DNA of 64,000 nt, from assembly GCA_035529795.1 (NCBI GenBank), contig DATKVZ010000034.1:92547-156546 (forward strand), in the 5' to 3' direction. The position numbers were made by a program, and so were the translations under genes. The notes below the pieces were generated by a model. The model ran no database searches, was not told where the DNA came from, and saw nothing but the letters and a program-made list of their open reading frames with translations. How positions within the stretch are numbered: position 1 is the stretch's first letter; the number at the start of each line of letters is the position of its first letter. Shown piece after piece: positions 8,701 to 19,831 of the stretch. The stretch comes from Gallionella sp. (lineage in GTDB: Bacteria; Pseudomonadota; Gammaproteobacteria; Burkholderiales; Gallionellaceae).

Positions 8701-8748
8701 TTTTGATATCCCGCCGGTGATTGAAGCAATTCGAATTCGCGGCGATAT

Positions 8749-8776
8749 TTGTCATTTAGCACGTTACCGGTATAAT
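8749..8776 (+). promoter_or_regulatory. Sigma70-like promoter of tRNA-Phe
   Basis: TTGTCA-16nt-TATAAT followed by a GC-rich discriminator. Confidence 0.6.
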
Positions 8777-8835
8777 GCGCCGCTTCCTGAGCCGGCCGAT
8801 TTGTTCGGCAAGGGAGAAAATGCAGCAAAGAAAAT

Positions 8836-8911
8836 GGCCTGGTAGCTCAGTCGGTAGAGCAGAGGATTGAAAATCCTTGTGTCGGTGGTTCGATTCCGCC
8901 CCGGGCCACCA
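8836..8911 (+). tRNA. tRNA-Phe (GAA)
   Basis: 76-nt cloverleaf, anticodon arm GAGGA-TTGAAAA-TCCTT, GTTCGA T-loop, CCA end. Confidence 0.97.
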
Positions 8912-8985
8912 GATTTCGCGTGCGGTAGCGCGCAAAATTAACCAGATGGTCGGTTAAAGATTTCGCGTGCGGTAGCACGTAAAAT
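8911..8985 (+). repeat. Two 28-nt hairpin direct repeats after tRNA-Phe
   Basis: agatttcgcgtgcggtagc(g/a)cg(c/t)aaaat at 8911-8938 and 8958-8985. Confidence 0.85.
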
Positions 8986-9019
8986 AGACAAGGATAATTT
9001 CCTTGACCCAAACATTAGT

Positions 9020-9056
9020 GAAACAAATGCCCGACCTGTTCGGGCATTTGTGTTTC
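9020..9056. terminator. Probable intrinsic terminator
   Basis: aaatgcccga-cctg-ttcgggcattt stem with A/T flanks. Confidence 0.6.
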
Positions 9057-9073
9057 AAGGTGCATAAACATCC

Positions 9074-10723
<1,650 letters not shown>

Positions 10724-10785
10724 ATAGCGTCAGGCTGGCTCGGGAAATTGCTATGTGCCAATTCCGTAACTGAAGGCAAATCCTG

Positions 10786-11208
10786 TTATTTTGCCAGCGT
10801 GTCGAGGATATCGCGCTTGTGCTCTTCTTCCTGAATCAGGATATCTTCCAGCACGCGCCGCAGGCCGTATTCCTTAAGCTCCTCGGCCTGGGCAATGCGC
10901 TCTTTGTAGCGTTTGATAGCGTTATTCTCACCCCATAGATCCTGCTTAAGCATTTCCACACTATCCTTGGAGATCGCGCGTTTCTCCACGTCCACGGTGG
11001 GCACGCCGCCGAGAAAATCGATCTGATCGGAGAGCAACACGGCATGCGCCATTTCCTCCTGCGCGTGGATCAGAAACTCCTTCTGGATGGAACCGAATTG
11101 CGCGCCGTTGATCGTGGAGGCGTGCTGCGTATACTGGATGGCCGCAGAGTATTCCCATTCCAGGTCCTTGTTGAGTTCGGCCAACAGCTTTTTCATGGTA
11201 ATTTTCAT
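10786..11208 (-). CDS. Ferritin-like (bacterioferritin/Dps superfamily) protein
   Basis: E..A..QY, EEMAH, E..AI..Y, EEEH di-iron motifs; AGGAG 7 nt before ATG 11208. Confidence 0.8.
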   Translation of the reverse strand: MKITMKKLLAELNKDLEWEYSAAIQYTQHASTINGAQFGSIQKEFLIHAQEEMAHAVLLSDQIDFLGGVPTVDVEKRAISKDSVEMLKQDLWGENNAIKRYKERIAQAEELKEYGLRRVLEDILIQEEEHKRDILDTLAK

Positions 11209-11357
11209 TTGGTATCTCCTGTGGTTTAACAAAACAACGGTTTCATCTTATCAATTTGCCGTGCGGCGCGCTACCAACCTGAATGGCCTCCAACTATCCC
11301 AAACTCCGGCGCTATCGGTTAAGCTTACACTCGTCTTCAATTCACCGCACAAACACT

Positions 11358-13022
11358 ATGGCACAGTATGTAATGTCGATGCACCGCGTGAGCAAAGTCG
11401 TTCCGCCCAAGCGTCAGATCATCAAGGATATCTCCCTCAGTTTTTTCCCCGGTGCCAAGATCGGTCTGCTCGGCCTGAACGGCTCGGGCAAGTCCACCGT
11501 GCTGCGCATCATGGCAGGCGTGGACAAGGAATACGACGGCGAGGTACAGCGCCAGCCGAACATTCGCATCGGCTACCTTGAGCAGGAGCCGCAGCTTGAT
11601 CCGGACAAAACCGTGCGCGAGGAAGTGGAATCCGCCCTGGGTGAAGTGATGCAGGCACAGACTAAACTCGACGAGGTGTATGCAGCCTACGCCGAAGAGA
11701 GCGCCGACTTCGACGCGCTGGCCGCCGAGCAAGCGCGTCTTGAGGCAATCATTGCCGCCAGCGGCGCGGATTCCGAGCACCAGATGGAAATTGCAGCCGA
11801 CGCGCTGCGTCTGCCGGATTGGGATGCCGTCATCAAAAATCTTTCCGGCGGCGAGAAGCGCCGCGTCGCCCTGTGCAAGCTGCTGTTGGAAAAACCCGAC
11901 ATGCTGCTGCTCGACGAACCGACCAACCACCTCGATGCGGAGTCGGTGGAATGGCTAGAGCAATTCCTGGTGCGCTTCCCCGGTACCGTCGTCGCCGTCA
12001 CCCACGACCGTTACTTCCTCGACAATGCCGCCGAATGGATACTGGAACTGGATCGCGGTCGCGGCATCCCGTGGAAGGGTAACTACTCGAGCTGGCTGGA
12101 GCAGAAGGAAGCGCGCCTCGAGACCGAGAACAAACAAATCGACGCACACATGAAGTCGATGAAGCAGGAGCTCGAATGGGTGCGCCAGAGCCCCAAGGCG
12201 CGCCAGGCAAAATCCAAGGCGCGTCTGAACCGCTTCGAGGAACTCAATTCGCAGGAATACCAGAAGCGCAACGAGACGCAGGAAATCTTCATCCCGGTCG
12301 GCGAGCGCCTCGGCAACGAAGTCATCGAATTCAACGACGTTTCCAAAGCCTACGGCGACCGCCTGCTGATCGACAACCTCAGCTTCAAGGTGCCTCCCGG
12401 CGCCATCGTCGGCATCATCGGCCCGAACGGTGCCGGTAAATCCACACTGTTCAAGCTGATCACCGGCAAGGAGCAGCCGGATTCCGGCGAAGTGAAGATC
12501 GGCTCGACCGTCAAGATCGCGCACGTCGATCAGGCACGCGATTCGCTGCAGAACGACAAGACCGTATTCGATGCCATCTCCGGCGGCAACGACATCCTCA
12601 CCGTGGGCAAATACGAAACTTCGTCGCGCGCCTACATCGGCCGCTTCAACTTCAAGGGTGGCGATCAGGCCAAGATCGTCGGCCAACTTTCCGGCGGCGA
12701 GCGCGGCCGCCTGCATCTGGCGCAGACCCTGATCTCCGGTGGCAATGTGCTGTTGCTCGATGAACCCTCCAACGACCTCGACGTGGAAACCCTGCGCGCG
12801 TTGGAAGACGCGCTGCTCGAATTCGCCGGCTGTGTGATGGTCATCTCACACGACCGCTGGTTTCTCGACCGCATCGCCACGCACATCCTCGCGGCGGAGG
12901 GTGATTCGAAGTGGACGTTCTTCGATGGCAACTATCAGGAATATGAGGCGGACAAGAGGAAGCGTTTGGGCGAGGAAGGCGCGAAGCCGAAGCGGATTCG
13001 GTATAAGCCGATTAGTCGGTAA
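11358..13022 (+). CDS. ettA: ABC-F translational throttle EttA
   Basis: MAQYV..M; two Walker A / LSGGE / LDEP sets; 554 aa. Confidence 0.95.
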   Translation: MAQYVMSMHRVSKVVPPKRQIIKDISLSFFPGAKIGLLGLNGSGKSTVLRIMAGVDKEYDGEVQRQPNIRIGYLEQEPQLDPDKTVREEVESALGEVMQAQTKLDEVYAAYAEESADFDALAAEQARLEAIIAASGADSEHQMEIAADALRLPDWDAVIKNLSGGEKRRVALCKLLLEKPDMLLLDEPTNHLDAESVEWLEQFLVRFPGTVVAVTHDRYFLDNAAEWILELDRGRGIPWKGNYSSWLEQKEARLETENKQIDAHMKSMKQELEWVRQSPKARQAKSKARLNRFEELNSQEYQKRNETQEIFIPVGERLGNEVIEFNDVSKAYGDRLLIDNLSFKVPPGAIVGIIGPNGAGKSTLFKLITGKEQPDSGEVKIGSTVKIAHVDQARDSLQNDKTVFDAISGGNDILTVGKYETSSRAYIGRFNFKGGDQAKIVGQLSGGERGRLHLAQTLISGGNVLLLDEPSNDLDVETLRALEDALLEFAGCVMVISHDRWFLDRIATHILAAEGDSKWTFFDGNYQEYEADKRKRLGEEGAKPKRIRYKPISR

Positions 13023-13031
13023 ATACATCAA

Positions 13032-13128
13032 CTCCCTCTCCCGCTCGCGGGATAACCAGCGACTTGGTCGCCGTATTGGGGCGGCCTAGTCGAATGGCTA
13101 GTAGTTCTATCAGAGGGTTGGGGAGAGT
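13032..13128 (-). repeat. Composite CCCTCTCCC-family palindrome with nested GATA...TATC core
   Basis: Reverse complement aligns along its length with 5834-5926 inside gcvPA. Confidence 0.85.
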
Positions 13129-13132
13129 GGAT

Positions 13133-13261
13133 GTGAGCAATTCAACACAAAGCAAACGCATCGTCATCATCGCCGGGCCGAACGGTGCAGGGAAAACGAC
13201 TTTCGCGCGCGAATTTTTGCCGGCAGATGCATCGTTGCCCAACTTTGTGAATGCTGATTGA
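13133..13261 (+). pseudogene. Zeta-toxin/AAA-like P-loop protein fragment
   Basis: [21 protein letters not shown]...FVNAD then stop; only the N-terminal ~42 aa remain. Confidence 0.75.
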
Positions 13262-13425
13262 CACCCACGGTTTCAGCCGCCACCCCGCATTGGCCTTAAG
13301 CCACTATTAGGCGCTGCATTTCAAACTTATATCCTCCTTCCATGAAAGAATGTTGCACTTGGATTCAAAGCGCGCTCTTTCAAAAGTGGCATTTAATTCC
13401 CGATACTTCGAATAGCGGTTGCAAT

Positions 13426-13472
13426 TGAGAATCATTCTCGTTTATGATGTTACCAATTGAGAATCATTCTTA
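13426..13472. promoter_or_regulatory. Two Fur-box-like palindromes
   Basis: TGAGAAT-C-ATTCTCG (13426-13440) and TGAGAAT-C-ATTCTTA (13458-13472) fit the 7-1-7 Fur consensus. Confidence 0.8.
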
Positions 13473-13520
13473 ATTGCACTTCTGTAAAACAGTTTATTAA
13501 ACTCAAAAAAGGTAGCGCAA

Positions 13521-14744
13521 ATGTCGCGACAATCCAATACTCCTCTGACTCTGGGGCTATCTGCCGCCATGATCTTGTTCATCGGCAGTGCCACGGCCGC
13601 CGAACCACCCTCCACCAACGAAATGTGGCGCATCATCCAGGAACAGCAAAAACAGATCGAAGCGTTGAAATCCCATCTCAATCAAACCGACCGGAAGGTC
13701 GAGGCCACGGGCGACGTCCTGGAGCAGGTCGCGGCCACGAAGCCGGGTAGTGGCGATGCCAGCTGGGCGGAGCGTACCCGCATCGGCGGCTACGGCGAAC
13801 TGATTTACAATGACCTGACGGGCAAGGGTGGTGCCGGCAACCTAAACCAGCTCGATTTCCGCCGCTTCGTGCTGTATTTCAGCCATCAGTTCAACGACCG
13901 CATCCGTTTGTTCTCCGAGTTAGAGTTGGAGAACAGCATCGCCGGCGCTGGTCAAAACGGCGCAGTCGAACTAGAACAGGCCTACCTGGAATTCGACCTC
14001 AATGACCGGCACCGCGCCAAGGGCGGTATCTTCCTCATCCCCGTGGGTATCATGAACGAGACCCACGAGCCGAATACCTTCTACGGTGTCGAGCGCAATC
14101 CCGTCGAGAGGAACATCATTCCCACCACCTGGTGGGCCGGCGGCGCGGCGCTAAGCGGCGAGCTTGGCAGCGGCTTCAGTTACGATGCCGGCGTGCACGA
14201 GGGCCTCAACATTACCGATGCCAGCTACACGGTGCGTAAAGGCCGCCAGAAGACCAGCAAGGCCGAGGCCTCGGATCTGGCCTACACCGCGCGCCTGAAA
14301 TGGACCGGTATGCCCGGCGTCGAGATCGCCGGCACCTACCAGCACCAGACCGACACCGGCCAGGGGCTGAATCTCGCAGCCGGCAGCGCCAATCTGTATG
14401 AATTGCACACGGCCATCAGCAAGGGTCCTCTCGGCCTGCGCGCCCTTTACGCACGCTGGGATCTAAACGGCAGTGGCCCGGCGGCTGTCGGCGCGAATGA
14501 GCAGTTTGGCTGGTACATCGAACCGTCGTTCAAATTCAATGATCAATGGGGTGTGTTCGCGCGCTACAACCTCTGGGACAATGCCGCCGGCAACAGCAGC
14601 GCCAGCGAGAAGAAGCAGATCGATGTTGGTGCAAATTTCTGGCCGCACCCGAGCGTCGTGCTGAAGGCAGATTATCAGGTCCAGGACAACGTCGACGGCA
14701 AGGAACAGAAGGGCTTCAATCTGGGGCTTGGCTACCAGTTCTGA
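13521..14744 (+). CDS. Outer-membrane porin (OprO/OprP-like) with N-terminal coiled coil, probably iron-regulated
   Basis: Signal peptide, IGGYGE start of barrel, alternating beta-strands, C-terminal YQF. Confidence 0.75.
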   Translation: MSRQSNTPLTLGLSAAMILFIGSATAAEPPSTNEMWRIIQEQQKQIEALKSHLNQTDRKVEATGDVLEQVAATKPGSGDASWAERTRIGGYGELIYNDLTGKGGAGNLNQLDFRRFVLYFSHQFNDRIRLFSELELENSIAGAGQNGAVELEQAYLEFDLNDRHRAKGGIFLIPVGIMNETHEPNTFYGVERNPVERNIIPTTWWAGGAALSGELGSGFSYDAGVHEGLNITDASYTVRKGRQKTSKAEASDLAYTARLKWTGMPGVEIAGTYQHQTDTGQGLNLAAGSANLYELHTAISKGPLGLRALYARWDLNGSGPAAVGANEQFGWYIEPSFKFNDQWGVFARYNLWDNAAGNSSASEKKQIDVGANFWPHPSVVLKADYQVQDNVDGKEQKGFNLGLGYQF

Positions 14745-15074
14745 TGCCGCTGCCGGGTTATCACAAGACGATTCACGAGATACGGGCGACCGCACCCTGC
14801 CGCGCCTGAAGTGATTTTTCAGGGGCATTTCGATTTATAGATATACTCAACGCAGAAGCACAGGAGACGTATGAAAAGTCTTGGGGGCATTACACATAGG
14901 TCAAAAAGTAAGACGACAGCAGTAACATTCGTTTTACACATAACAACATGGCTGGGTGCCACTCTGCAGAGCGGTGCTCCAAACTCTGCGAGTTTGCTGC
15001 AACCATAATTTCTGACTGCAGAGTGGATACCGAAAATCTCTGCGCCTCCAGGTCTCTGAGTTGAAAATATTCAC

Positions 15075-15620
15075 ATGAGAATCCGTATGAGCCAATTCTT
15101 CTTCCTGCCCACCTTGCTGGTCACGCTGCTGATGACCTCTCCGCATGCGTGGGCCGAGGTTTATCAGAGCCCCGAGGCTTTTCTGAGTGAAGTGTTTGCG
15201 GGCAACATCCCCGCGCCAGAGGTGCTGTGGCTCACCGGCGCGGTGCGCGCTACCGTCAAGCAAATCCTCGGGCACGATCCGTCACAACTGCGGGTGCGCT
15301 ACTGGTATCACGGTGTACGCAGTGCCTGGATTCTCGACGAAATTGGCAAGGAACAACCCATCACCACCGGTATCGTCATCGCTGCCGGTCGCATCGAGCG
15401 CATCCGTGTGCTGGTGTTCCGCGAGAGTCGCGGCTGGGAGGTGCGCCATGACTTCTTTACCAAGCAGTTTCTTCACCGGGGGCTGACGGATGACCGCAAA
15501 CTGGACGGTCCGATCGACGGCATCTCGGGTGCCACGCTGTCGGTGCGCGCGCTGACCAAGCTCGCGCGCCTGGCCCTGTATCTCCACCAGCAAACACCAG
15601 CCGCCCATGCCACACCATAG
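15075..15620 (+). CDS. Exported FMN-binding domain protein
   Basis: Signal/TM N-terminus; flavinylation motif DGISGATLS. Confidence 0.8.
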   Translation: MRIRMSQFFFLPTLLVTLLMTSPHAWAEVYQSPEAFLSEVFAGNIPAPEVLWLTGAVRATVKQILGHDPSQLRVRYWYHGVRSAWILDEIGKEQPITTGIVIAAGRIERIRVLVFRESRGWEVRHDFFTKQFLHRGLTDDRKLDGPIDGISGATLSVRALTKLARLALYLHQQTPAAHATP

Positions 15621-16362
15621 AAAGCAGCCCAGCAAATTCAAATCATTGTATGTGTGGCACCGCTACGCCGGGCTGCTGGCGGCGCTGCTGGTGATCGTGC
15701 TCGCGCTGACGGGAATCGCGCTCAATCACACCGAAGAACTGCAACTCGACGCGCGCTTCGTGCGCTCGTCATGGGTGCTGGACTGGTACGGCATCCGCGC
15801 GCCGGAGACCTCTACGACCTATGCCACGCCGCTCGCACCTGTCACGTTATTTGGCCGGCAGTTGTATATCGGCGAGCGGCCGTTGACCGGTGACTATGAT
15901 CGACTGATCGGCGCCGAGGTCATCCAGAATATGCTGATCACGGCCGTGGATGATCGCCTGCTGCTGACCGGAGCGGGGGGTGAACTGCTGGCCGAACTGA
16001 CCATACTCGACGGCGTGCCCACCGGCCTGCGGCGTCTGGGCCGGGACCCGGAAGGGCGGCTGGTGGTCGCGGCCAGCACTGGATATTATCGTCCCGATAC
16101 TGACTTCATCCGCTGGAAACGGCTACCGAAATCGCAGCACGACATCACCTGGGCACAGCCGGAAACCCTGACGCCGAAGCAGCGCCGCGCGCTGGAGCAT
16201 GCCTTCCGTAACCGCGTCCTGCCTTGGGAGCGCGTACTGTTGGATCTGCACAGCGGCCGCATCTTCGGAACTTTTGGTGTCTGGGTCATGGATGGCGCAG
16301 CGCTGCTCATGCTCTTTCTCGCTGCCAGCGGTGTACTGGGCTGGCTCAAGCGCAAGCGTTGA
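15607..16362 (+). CDS. PepSY-associated TM-helix domain membrane protein
   Basis: LYVWHRYAGL and LLDLHSGRIFG histidine-bearing TM helices. Confidence 0.8.
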   Translation: MPHHRKQPSKFKSLYVWHRYAGLLAALLVIVLALTGIALNHTEELQLDARFVRSSWVLDWYGIRAPETSTTYATPLAPVTLFGRQLYIGERPLTGDYDRLIGAEVIQNMLITAVDDRLLLTGAGGELLAELTILDGVPTGLRRLGRDPEGRLVVAASTGYYRPDTDFIRWKRLPKSQHDITWAQPETLTPKQRRALEHAFRNRVLPWERVLLDLHSGRIFGTFGVWVMDGAALLMLFLAASGVLGWLKRKR

Positions 16363-16387
16363 TGAGATCTGGGCCGCAATGCGCCCG

Positions 16388-16504
16388 TCACATCTTCGAC
16401 TGCAGGCAGCTCTTCTCGGTCAGCTCCAGCTGGGTCTCCAGCCAGTCGACATACCCTTCTCTCTCCGAGATGTCCTCGAACAGCCTGCACGAGACGTAAT
16501 CGTT
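16388..16504 (-). pseudogene. bfr: Bacterioferritin C-terminal relic
   Basis: Hand translation NDYVSCRLFEDISEREGYVDWLETQLELTEKSCLQSKM* matches the Bfr C-terminus pattern DYVSR.L...IL..EE.H.DWLETQL.LI...G..NYLQS.M, with deletions. Confidence 0.7.
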
Positions 16505-16525
16505 GAGCCAGCCTGTCGGTTAGAC

Positions 16526-16558
16526 AAAATCCCGGCAGAGCCCGGGCTTTTGTTTTTA
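16526..16558 (+). terminator. Probable intrinsic terminator
   Basis: cccgg-cagag-cccggg stem followed by a T-rich tract. Confidence 0.45.
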
Positions 16559-16576
16559 TCGTTTACAATGCGCGGC

Positions 16577-17146
16577 ATGCCAATTAACCAAGCGAACAGT
16601 CGCAAATTCCAGTCCGGCAACCTGATACTGGTGGGTATGATGGGTTCCGGAAAGACCACTATCGGGCGAATGCTGGCCAAGCATCTGGACAAGGTATTTG
16701 TGGATAGTGATGCTGAAATTCAGCAGCGCACCGGCGTGACCATCACGCATATATTCGATATCGAAGGTGAGGCCGGTTTTCGCCAGCGCGAGACTGCCGC
16801 CCTTTGCGATTTGGTCGGACGCAGCAGCATGGTTTTGGGGACGGGCGGCGGTGCGGTACTGGTGGAGCAAAACCAAACAATGCTGCAACAGAATGGCATC
16901 GTCATTTACCTGAGGGCGAGTGTGCATGATTTGTGGCAGCGTACCCGGCATGACCGCAATCGTCCGCTGCTGCAAACTGCGGATCCGCATGCAAAATTGA
17001 CCGAGCTACACCATCAGCGCGACCCGCTTTATCAGAAGGTTGCGGATATTGTTATCCAGACCGGCAGGCAAAGTGCGCATACCCTGGTGCTGCATTTAGT
17101 AAGTGAAATAGAGGCCTTCATTTCACGCAGGTCGGATCAAGCGTAG
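16577..17146 (+). CDS. aroK: Shikimate kinase
   Basis: LVGMMGSGKTT, EGEAGFR, TGGG, RPLL; start uncertain. Confidence 0.93.
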   Translation: MPINQANSRKFQSGNLILVGMMGSGKTTIGRMLAKHLDKVFVDSDAEIQQRTGVTITHIFDIEGEAGFRQRETAALCDLVGRSSMVLGTGGGAVLVEQNQTMLQQNGIVIYLRASVHDLWQRTRHDRNRPLLQTADPHAKLTELHHQRDPLYQKVADIVIQTGRQSAHTLVLHLVSEIEAFISRRSDQA

Positions 17147-17206
17147 CGATCCGACGAACTTGGTAGCGGGATTATTTGTCGGATCGCTACGCTTGATCCG
17201 GCCTAC
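17127..17206. repeat. GTAG-type REP doublet (REPIN-like) overlapping the aroK stop
   Basis: gcaggtcggatcaagcgtagcgatccgac and its near-perfect inverse gtcggatcgctacgcttgatccggcctac. Confidence 0.85.
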
Positions 17207-17224
17207 AGAAAATTGACTGGAAAG

Positions 17225-18313
17225 ATGATGCAAACACTGACAGTTGGCTTGGAAGAACGCAGCTATCCGATACATATCGGTTGCGGATTGCTCGGACAGG
17301 CAGAATTATTGCAGCCCTACCTGCCGCACCGGCGCGCGGCCATTGTGACCAACACCACGGTCGCGCCACTGTATTTGGATAAACTCCTTCACACCTTACA
17401 GAGCATTGGCGTCAGCTGCATACCAATCATCCTGCCGGACGGCGAGAAATATAAAGATTCCGCTACGCTCAATCTGGTTTATGACGCGCTGCTGGGCAAC
17501 CATTGCGAGCGCTCCACACCGCTGATCGCACTCGGCGGCGGCGTGATCGGCGACATGACCGGCTATGCGGCGGCGACCTATCTGCGCGGCGTGCCATTCA
17601 TTCAGATACCCACCACGCTGCTTGCACAGGTGGATTCTTCGGTGGGCGGCAAGACCGGCATCAACCATCCGCTCGGCAAGAACATGATCGGTGCGTTCTA
17701 TCAGCCGCAACTGGTGCTGACCGATACCGATACGCTGAATACCCTGCCGGATCACGAGCTTTCGGCCGGTCTGGCGGAGGTTATCAAGTATGGTCTGATT
17801 CGCGATCTGCCTTTTCTGGAGTGGCTGGAACAGAACCTCGACAAACTGCTGGCGCGCGATACTGCCGCCTTGCAATATGCCATCACGCGCAGTTGCCGGA
17901 ACAAGGCGGAAGTCGTTGCAGCCGACGAGCGTGAAAGCGGTGAACGCGCCTTATTGAATCTGGGGCATACTTTAGGCCATGCCATCGAATCGGGTATGGG
18001 CTATGGCAACTGGCTGCATGGCGAGGGGGTGGCGGCGGGCACCATTATGGCGGCAGACTTGTCGCAACGGCTGGGCTGGATCAGTACCGGGGATGTGGCG
18101 CGCATTCGCAACTTGTACAAGCAAGCCGGATTACCGGTAGTCGCCCCCGACTTGGGCGCCGACAAATACCTTGACCTGATGAGGCTGGATAAAAAAGTCG
18201 AAGGCGGCAAAATGCGCTTTGTGTTGCTCAGGGGAGTCGGACACGCCATCGTGTATGGCGATGTGCCGCCGGAATTATTAAGTCAAACACTGGAGGAGTG
18301 CGTGCGTGGCTGA
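17225..18313 (+). CDS. aroB: 3-dehydroquinate synthase
   Basis: [33 protein letters not shown]. Confidence 0.96.
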   Translation: MMQTLTVGLEERSYPIHIGCGLLGQAELLQPYLPHRRAAIVTNTTVAPLYLDKLLHTLQSIGVSCIPIILPDGEKYKDSATLNLVYDALLGNHCERSTPLIALGGGVIGDMTGYAAATYLRGVPFIQIPTTLLAQVDSSVGGKTGINHPLGKNMIGAFYQPQLVLTDTDTLNTLPDHELSAGLAEVIKYGLIRDLPFLEWLEQNLDKLLARDTAALQYAITRSCRNKAEVVAADERESGERALLNLGHTLGHAIESGMGYGNWLHGEGVAAGTIMAADLSQRLGWISTGDVARIRNLYKQAGLPVVAPDLGADKYLDLMRLDKKVEGGKMRFVLLRGVGHAIVYGDVPPELLSQTLEECVRG

Positions 18314-19433
18314 ACTTGCACCTTATGCAGTCACTGAGACCAACTCACGCGGTCGAAAGATAGCGGAGGAGGCGCCATCCGGGCGCAGCGCGTTCCAGCG
18401 TGATCGCGACCGCATCATCCATTCCGGCGCCTTCCGCCGTCTGGAATACAAAACACAAGTATTTGTAAACCACGAAGGCGACCTGTTTCGCACCCGTCTT
18501 ACGCACAGCATCGAAGTTGCGCAAATTGCCCGTTCCATTGCGCGGCGCCTGCATCTGAACGAAGACCTGGTCGAAGCGATTTCGCTTGCACATGACCTTG
18601 GGCACACACCGTTCGGCCATGCCGGGCAGGATGCACTGAATGCCTGCATGAAAGACTACGGTGGTTTTGAACACAACCTGCAATCACTGCGCGTGGTGGA
18701 TTTGCTGGAAGAGCGCTATGCCGCATTTGATGGGTTGAATCTGTGCTTCGAAACACGTGAAGGTATTCTCAAACATTGCTCCGCAGTCAATGCCGCAAAG
18801 CTGGAAGAGCTGGGCGAACGTTTTTTGCATAATCGCCGTCCCTCGCTGGAAGCGCAAATTGCCAATCTTGCCGACGAAATCGCTTACAACAATCATGATG
18901 TGGATGACGGTCTGCGCTCGGGATTAATCGCACTGGAACAGCTTGCTGCCGTGCCGTTGGTGGCAACGCATCTGAATGAAGTGCGCCGCACCTATCCGGA
19001 TTTGCCGGAGCGGCGTGTAATACATGAAACAGTGCGGCGCATCATTAACACGCTGGTGTCCGATTTGATACAACAAAGCGAGGGCAATATCAGTGCCCAT
19101 GATTTGTCCACACTAGATGACGTGCGCACCGCACCGGTACTGATCGCCTTCAGTACGGAGATGAGCGAACAGCAGCGCGTTCTGAAAAACTTTCTGCATA
19201 CACATTTATATCGTCACTACCATGTGCTGCGCATGAGTTCCAAGGCGCAGCGCATCATTAGCGATCTGTTCGCTATCTTCATGCAGGATGTTCGCCTGCT
19301 GCCGCCGTCATTCCAGCGGCAAGCAGAACCGGAGCGCGCTCGTGCGGTTGCCGATTACATCGCCGGCATGACCGACCGCTATGCCATCCGCGAGTACCGT
19401 CGAATATTCTCGGTGGAAGAAGTATTGGCGTAG
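18306..19433 (+). CDS. dgt: Deoxyguanosinetriphosphate triphosphohydrolase (dGTPase)
   Basis: [34 protein letters not shown]. Confidence 0.93.
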   Translation: MAELAPYAVTETNSRGRKIAEEAPSGRSAFQRDRDRIIHSGAFRRLEYKTQVFVNHEGDLFRTRLTHSIEVAQIARSIARRLHLNEDLVEAISLAHDLGHTPFGHAGQDALNACMKDYGGFEHNLQSLRVVDLLEERYAAFDGLNLCFETREGILKHCSAVNAAKLEELGERFLHNRRPSLEAQIANLADEIAYNNHDVDDGLRSGLIALEQLAAVPLVATHLNEVRRTYPDLPERRVIHETVRRIINTLVSDLIQQSEGNISAHDLSTLDDVRTAPVLIAFSTEMSEQQRVLKNFLHTHLYRHYHVLRMSSKAQRIISDLFAIFMQDVRLLPPSFQRQAEPERARAVADYIAGMTDRYAIREYRRIFSVEEVLA

Positions 19434-19711
19434 CCTTTGAAACTGTGTGCCATACATGGCGGACGGAAACGACACAAGGCCTAAATTACACTACAGGCCG
19501 GCTTGCGCTGGTTATTGATCAAGGCATAAAACAGCTCGCCAGATTCCATCAATCGTGGATTTTGCCAACCACTTCCTTTATCATGGCGAACCGGTCGATT
19601 GAGAGTGCAATAACATTCTGCCGGGTCAGGATTAATACGCTGATGATGGCGATGCCATGTCGGCGTGATGGCACAGGTGTATCGCATGAAATTTGCGATA
19701 CACAAAGAATT

Positions 19712-19810
19712 GGCGGGTCTCTCCGCATTGTGGGTTGGTGAATCTGGTCAGGTCCGGAAGGAAGCAGCCACAGCCGATTACTGCAAGTGCCGGGGGTAAG
19801 GCTCGCCTCC
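19712..19810 (+). ncRNA. ffs: SRP (4.5S) RNA
   Basis: CAGGTCCGGAAGGAAGCAGC helix-8 signature, complementary ends GGCGGG...CTCGCC, upstream of dnaX. Confidence 0.93.
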
Positions 19811-19831
19811 TATTTTCGGAGCGAGATAACG

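Noticed and set aside
8911-8985. CRISPR-like repeat-spacer-repeat after tRNA-Phe
   Set aside because: Only two units, a 19-nt palindromic spacer and no cas genes
11240-11260. Fur box upstream of the ferritin-like gene
   Set aside because: Only one half-site (TGATAAG) fits
14744-14809. Possible apbE N-terminal remnant (MPLPGYHKTIHEIRATAPCRA)
   Set aside because: Similarity to ApbE starts is too weak to support by eye
19445-19741. Short ORFs between dgt and ffs
   Set aside because: No recognisable motif or RBS; they overlap the SRP RNA or its promoter
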